IMG/VR virus record: IMGVR_UViG_3300024219_000001
Location: 1-45,720 of that record
Length of the DNA: 45,720 bases
Reading direction: 5' to 3' (one strand)
Source of the DNA: a virus
Taxonomy: Duplodnaviria > Caudoviricetes
This document shows, in pieces, positions 42,802 through 45,720 of this stretch. Every line of letters begins with the position of its first letter. Positions within the stretch are counted from its first letter, which is position 1. Position numbers and translations under genes: made by a program. The notes under the pieces were generated by a model. That model did no database searches. It was given only the letters and a program-made list of their open reading frames with translations, and was not told the origin of the DNA.

Positions 42802-44064
42802 CTAGATGCCCGCCGCAGTGTAGGTTGCTTCGGCCACCGAACCGTTCGGGGCCACCACTCCGCCAGCACGCTGGCGGCTTCGGCAACAGTTGTTGTGCCA
42901 GTTGTCGAAGTAGATGATCCGGTTGAACGGCTGGTACGGCGGCGTGATCGCCGGCTCCTGCTCCAGGAAGTGCTCCGAGTGCACGACCTTGTTGTAGTAC
43001 TTCGGCACGATGAAGACGAAGCGCGGACCGTTCTGGTCCGGGTTGTTCGTCGCAGCGCCGCTCTCCGTCGTGGTCGAGTCGAACTCGCCCGCGAACACCG
43101 TCCCGGACGAGCCAGGCCACACCTCGGCCGTGTCCATCTTCTCGACGTAGCGGATGGGCACGCCCTGGTAGCTGAAGCCGAGGCCAGGCCCGGTCTTCAC
43201 CGCAACGCCAGGGTCGTAGACCTTGCTGCGCAGGAAGTCGCCCGTGGGCGCGATGTTCGCCTGGATCAGCGCGAGACCCCGCACCGACGTCATGATGAAG
43301 CCGTCCGGCTCCTGCGGTTCCCCGTACTCCGGATGGATCACGAGGTCCTCGAAGGCGAGGCGGGTGTAGAGCTTCATCATGGCCGTCCAGCCGGTCCACC
43401 GAGTCGTGGTCGTGGGCAGGATGTCCGTGTAGAACTCGACCGGGTTGCGCCACCGAGCCTGGGTCGTCGGGTTGATCTGCTGGATCGTCGTGAAGCCCGG
43501 CGGCACGGTCGCCGTGGGCTTCGACCCAGCAGTCGCACCAAACTGGTGGATGGTGACGAACACCGAGTACGGCGTCTTGCCGCCGGTCGCTTCCATCGTC
43601 GTCGCGTTCGGCTGGGCGAAGAGCCCGCGCTCGAACCCGTTGTTCAGCGACGTGAAGGCGTTCATCCACTTCGCGTAGATGATCCGCTTGAACACCATGG
43701 CGCGCGCGCCACGGTTCAACTGCCCGACGTTCTGGAGACCCTTCTCCTGCTTGGCGAAGGAGAGGTCAACCTTCGTGAAGCGCCAGGGGATAGACCAGCT
43801 CGTCAGGTGGTTGTCGAGGTGAGGAGTGAAGACCTCGTTCACTTCGTAGTCGGCGTACGTGCTCGACTCGTCGAAGTAGATGAAGTCAGAGATCGAGTCG
43901 CCCCCTTGGACTTGCTCGATCATGTCGTGCGCCTTCATGATCTGGCGCAGGAGCGTGGTCCGGAACTGGGGCTCGTTGATGATCCAGTTCTCGGGCGTGA
44001 GGATCGCTTGCGACGTCGCGTTGAACAGGTCAACGAGATTGTCGAGCGGCATGCCACCAGCCAT
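42802..44064 (-). CDS. Major capsid protein (420 aa)
   Basis: GGAGG RBS, follows the scaffold gene, strongly biased codons, GGDSI..F and Y.GVPI motifs. Confidence 0.8.
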   Translation of the reverse strand: MAGGMPLDNLVDLFNATSQAILTPENWIINEPQFRTTLLRQIMKAHDMIEQVQGGDSISDFIYFDESSTYADYEVNEVFTPHLDNHLTSWSIPWRFTKVDLSFAKQEKGLQNVGQLNRGARAMVFKRIIYAKWMNAFTSLNNGFERGLFAQPNATTMEATGGKTPYSVFVTIHQFGATAGSKPTATVPPGFTTIQQINPTTQARWRNPVEFYTDILPTTTTRWTGWTAMMKLYTRLAFEDLVIHPEYGEPQEPDGFIMTSVRGLALIQANIAPTGDFLRSKVYDPGVAVKTGPGLGFSYQGVPIRYVEKMDTAEVWPGSSGTVFAGEFDSTTTESGAATNNPDQNGPRFVFIVPKYYNKVVHSEHFLEQEPAITPPYQPFNRIIYFDNWHNNCCRSRQRAGGVVAPNGSVAEATYTAAGI

Positions 44065-44117
44065 GGATTCCTCCGTGGGCTAGGCGTGCTGCGAACGCCG
44101 TCAGCTACGTTGAGCTT

Positions 44118-45152
44118 CTAGCGTCGCTTCGTCGTGCGCGGCGGCGGGGGCTTGATCCGTGACCCGATGTCGTAGGCGCCGCGAAGGTCTCCAGCTTCCA
44201 CTCGATCCATGGCCGCAAGGAAGCCGTCGTCCTCGCTGAGATCGCCCGCGCGCGGACGCTCCGTCTGCGAAGACGACACGCCGTTGCGCCGCTTCTCGGC
44301 GGGAACGCCACGCTCGCTGAGTCGCAGGATCGCAGCCGCATCGTTGAAGATGCTGTCCGCGTCCCCGTACTCGCCCGTCTTGTAGAGCGCGAGCGCCTTC
44401 TCCTGCACCTTGGATCGAAGGTCTGGATCCTTCGCGAGCCCCGCGTTCGGGTACGTCGCTTCCAGCCGTCGCATCTGCTCGCTGATCGTTCGCTGGCCCT
44501 GTTCGCGCGCCACCTGGGCGGCCGTCGCTTCGGTCTGCGACACCCTGCCCTCAAGCGCGCCGGTCGCCTGCTTGTAGACCGCATCGAGCACGGGCCCGAA
44601 GGCTGCCTTCGCTGCTTCCGGTTCGAGCCCGAGCGTCTCTGCGAGTGCCTTCAGATGCGGACTCCAGTCCGGTGCGGCGGCGGGACTCGCCTGCGCATCG
44701 GGTGCCTTCGTCGTCCGCTCCTTCAGTTCGCGAAGCTCCGTGGCTCTCTCTTCGAGCGCGGCCTCCGTCTTTGCCCGCCTCGCGGCGGCCTCAGTCCCCC
44801 AGGCGATCAACTGGTCCCGGGGGGTGGTCTTGATGATCTCGCTCGGGACGCCCGAGTAGCGCAGCGCGAGCAGCGCGCGCTCCATCGCTTCGTCGGGCTC
44901 GCCGGCCTTGGGCGCGGGCGCCGCAGCCGCCTTGGCGGGCGCGGGCTCCTCGTGCGCAGGCTCGTCCGGTTGCGCGTCGCCCGGGTCTTCGTTGCCCTCA
45001 GCCGGCGCCGCGTCCTGGCCATCGTCGAGCTCGGCGAACGCAGCATCGAACACCGCATCCCGCGCGCTCTCGTCCGTGAACTTGAGACCGCTCGGCTCGG
45101 TGCCCGTCTCGGTCGTTACGGTCGCGTCGGTCTCGACTTCCGGCTCTGCCAT
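44118..45152 (-). CDS. Capsid scaffolding protein (344 aa)
   Basis: Acidic disordered N-terminus, coiled coil, position before the capsid gene. Confidence 0.7.
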   Translation of the reverse strand: MAEPEVETDATVTTETGTEPSGLKFTDESARDAVFDAAFAELDDGQDAAPAEGNEDPGDAQPDEPAHEEPAPAKAAAAPAPKAGEPDEAMERALLALRYSGVPSEIIKTTPRDQLIAWGTEAAARRAKTEAALEERATELRELKERTTKAPDAQASPAAAPDWSPHLKALAETLGLEPEAAKAAFGPVLDAVYKQATGALEGRVSQTEATAAQVAREQGQRTISEQMRRLEATYPNAGLAKDPDLRSKVQEKALALYKTGEYGDADSIFNDAAAILRLSERGVPAEKRRNGVSSSQTERPRAGDLSEDDGFLAAMDRVEAGDLRGAYDIGSRIKPPPPRTTKRR

Positions 45153-45159
45153 GGCCGAC

Positions 45160-45189
45160 GGTCTACGCCGCGGGCCGGGCCGGAGTCAA
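45160..45189 (-). promoter_or_regulatory. Leaderless promoter TTGACT-N18-TAGACC for scaffold/capsid operon
   Basis: ATG 7 nt downstream; no Shine-Dalgarno sequence. Confidence 0.6.
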
Positions 45190-45320
45190 GCCTTGGGCCG
45201 CTTCGGCCGCACACCCATCGCCCGCTTCGCCGCCGCGAACCGCTCTCCGCCCGACGCCGGCCGCAGCTTCACCGCCTTGCGCATGGCGAGTTCCGCCTTC
45301 GACTGGTGCGGCCGGTTCAC
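45186..45320 (-). CDS. Small basic peptide (44 aa)
   Basis: Read manually; GTGA coupling. Confidence 0.45.
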   Translation of the reverse strand: MNRPHQSKAELAMRKAVKLRPASGGERFAAAKRAMGVRPKRPKA

Positions 45321-45720
45321 GCGACGCGCCCCATCGTCCGCTCCCACGCCGCAGCGGCTGCGCGCATTACCTCGCGACTCGCGGCATCCGCCTTCCGTTG
45401 TGCAACCTTCAGCGGCTCAGGCCAGACGGCCAGCAACCTCTCGACGATCGCAGGCTCGTACCAGATCGACCGCTGGCTGTGCTCCGACCCCTTGCACATC
45501 GTCACCTCGGCGATCTCGTCCGGCATCGGGTCGTCCGGGGCTGGGCGCAGCGTCTTCACCGGCTCGCCGCCCACGAAGCCCGTAATGGTCCATGCGCGGT
45601 TCTGGAGCTGTCGCTTCCGCTCGGAGCTCGACGCGTACACCTTGTCGCGCCCTTCGATCGACGGGCAGAACTCGTCGTCGAGTAGCCATGCGAGCACGCT
45701 GCCGGGGCGCGCGAAGCTCA
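45317..45720 (-). CDS. Hypothetical protein (134 aa) spanning the circular junction; starts at GTG 128
   Basis: The frame is continuous across the terminal repeat and GTGA-coupled on both sides. Confidence 0.65.
   Translation of the reverse strand, partial: SFARPGSVLAWLLDDEFCPSIEGRDKVYASSSERKRQLQNRAWTITGFVGGEPVKTLRPAPDDPMPDEIAEVTMCKGSEHSQRSIWYEPAIVERLLAVWPEPLKVAQRKADAASREVMRAAAAAWERTMGRVA
45594..45720. repeat. Terminal direct repeat, copy 2
   Basis: Identical to 1-127. Confidence 0.95.

Noticed and set aside
42358-44121. 587-aa plus-strand ORF and other long antisense ORFs (e.g. 25713-27302, 36835-38142)
   Set aside because: They mirror well-supported minus-strand genes and are expected shadows of high-GC codon bias.

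Overview
This window looks like a complete, circularly assembled, GC-rich tailed-phage genome of 45,593 bp. Bases 1-127 are identical to 45594-45720, and an ORF reads through the junction. The virion is podovirus-like (P22/T7-type): portal, scaffold, major capsid, head-tail adaptor, a tail nozzle with a large lectin-like insertion, and three ejection-type proteins, including an 1829-aa polyvalent protein. Other recognisable genes are TerL preceded by a GroES-like gene, ERF plus a YqaJ exonuclease, a RuvC-like resolvase, an HNH nuclease, a ParB-like protein and a lower-GC DUF3800 island. I could not recognise an integrase, repressor, DNA polymerase, primase, helicase or classical endolysin. The most unusual content is: (1) a type I sulfatase heading an operon of fibre proteins with arginine-rich repeat tails, plus a sulfotransferase-family gene inside the tail/ejection block and a beta-helix enzyme, together a candidate system acting on sulfated surfaces; (2) two tRNA-shaped elements with remodelled anticodon arms embedded in frame inside protein-coding genes; (3) an HNH gene flanked by dense hairpin arrays, a candidate origin or ncRNA; (4) genome-wide leaderless TAnnnT promoters with tiny leader ORFs. 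All product calls come from motif recognition by eye; no database searches were run. The host is unknown: a high-GC diderm such as a planctomycete is only a guess.
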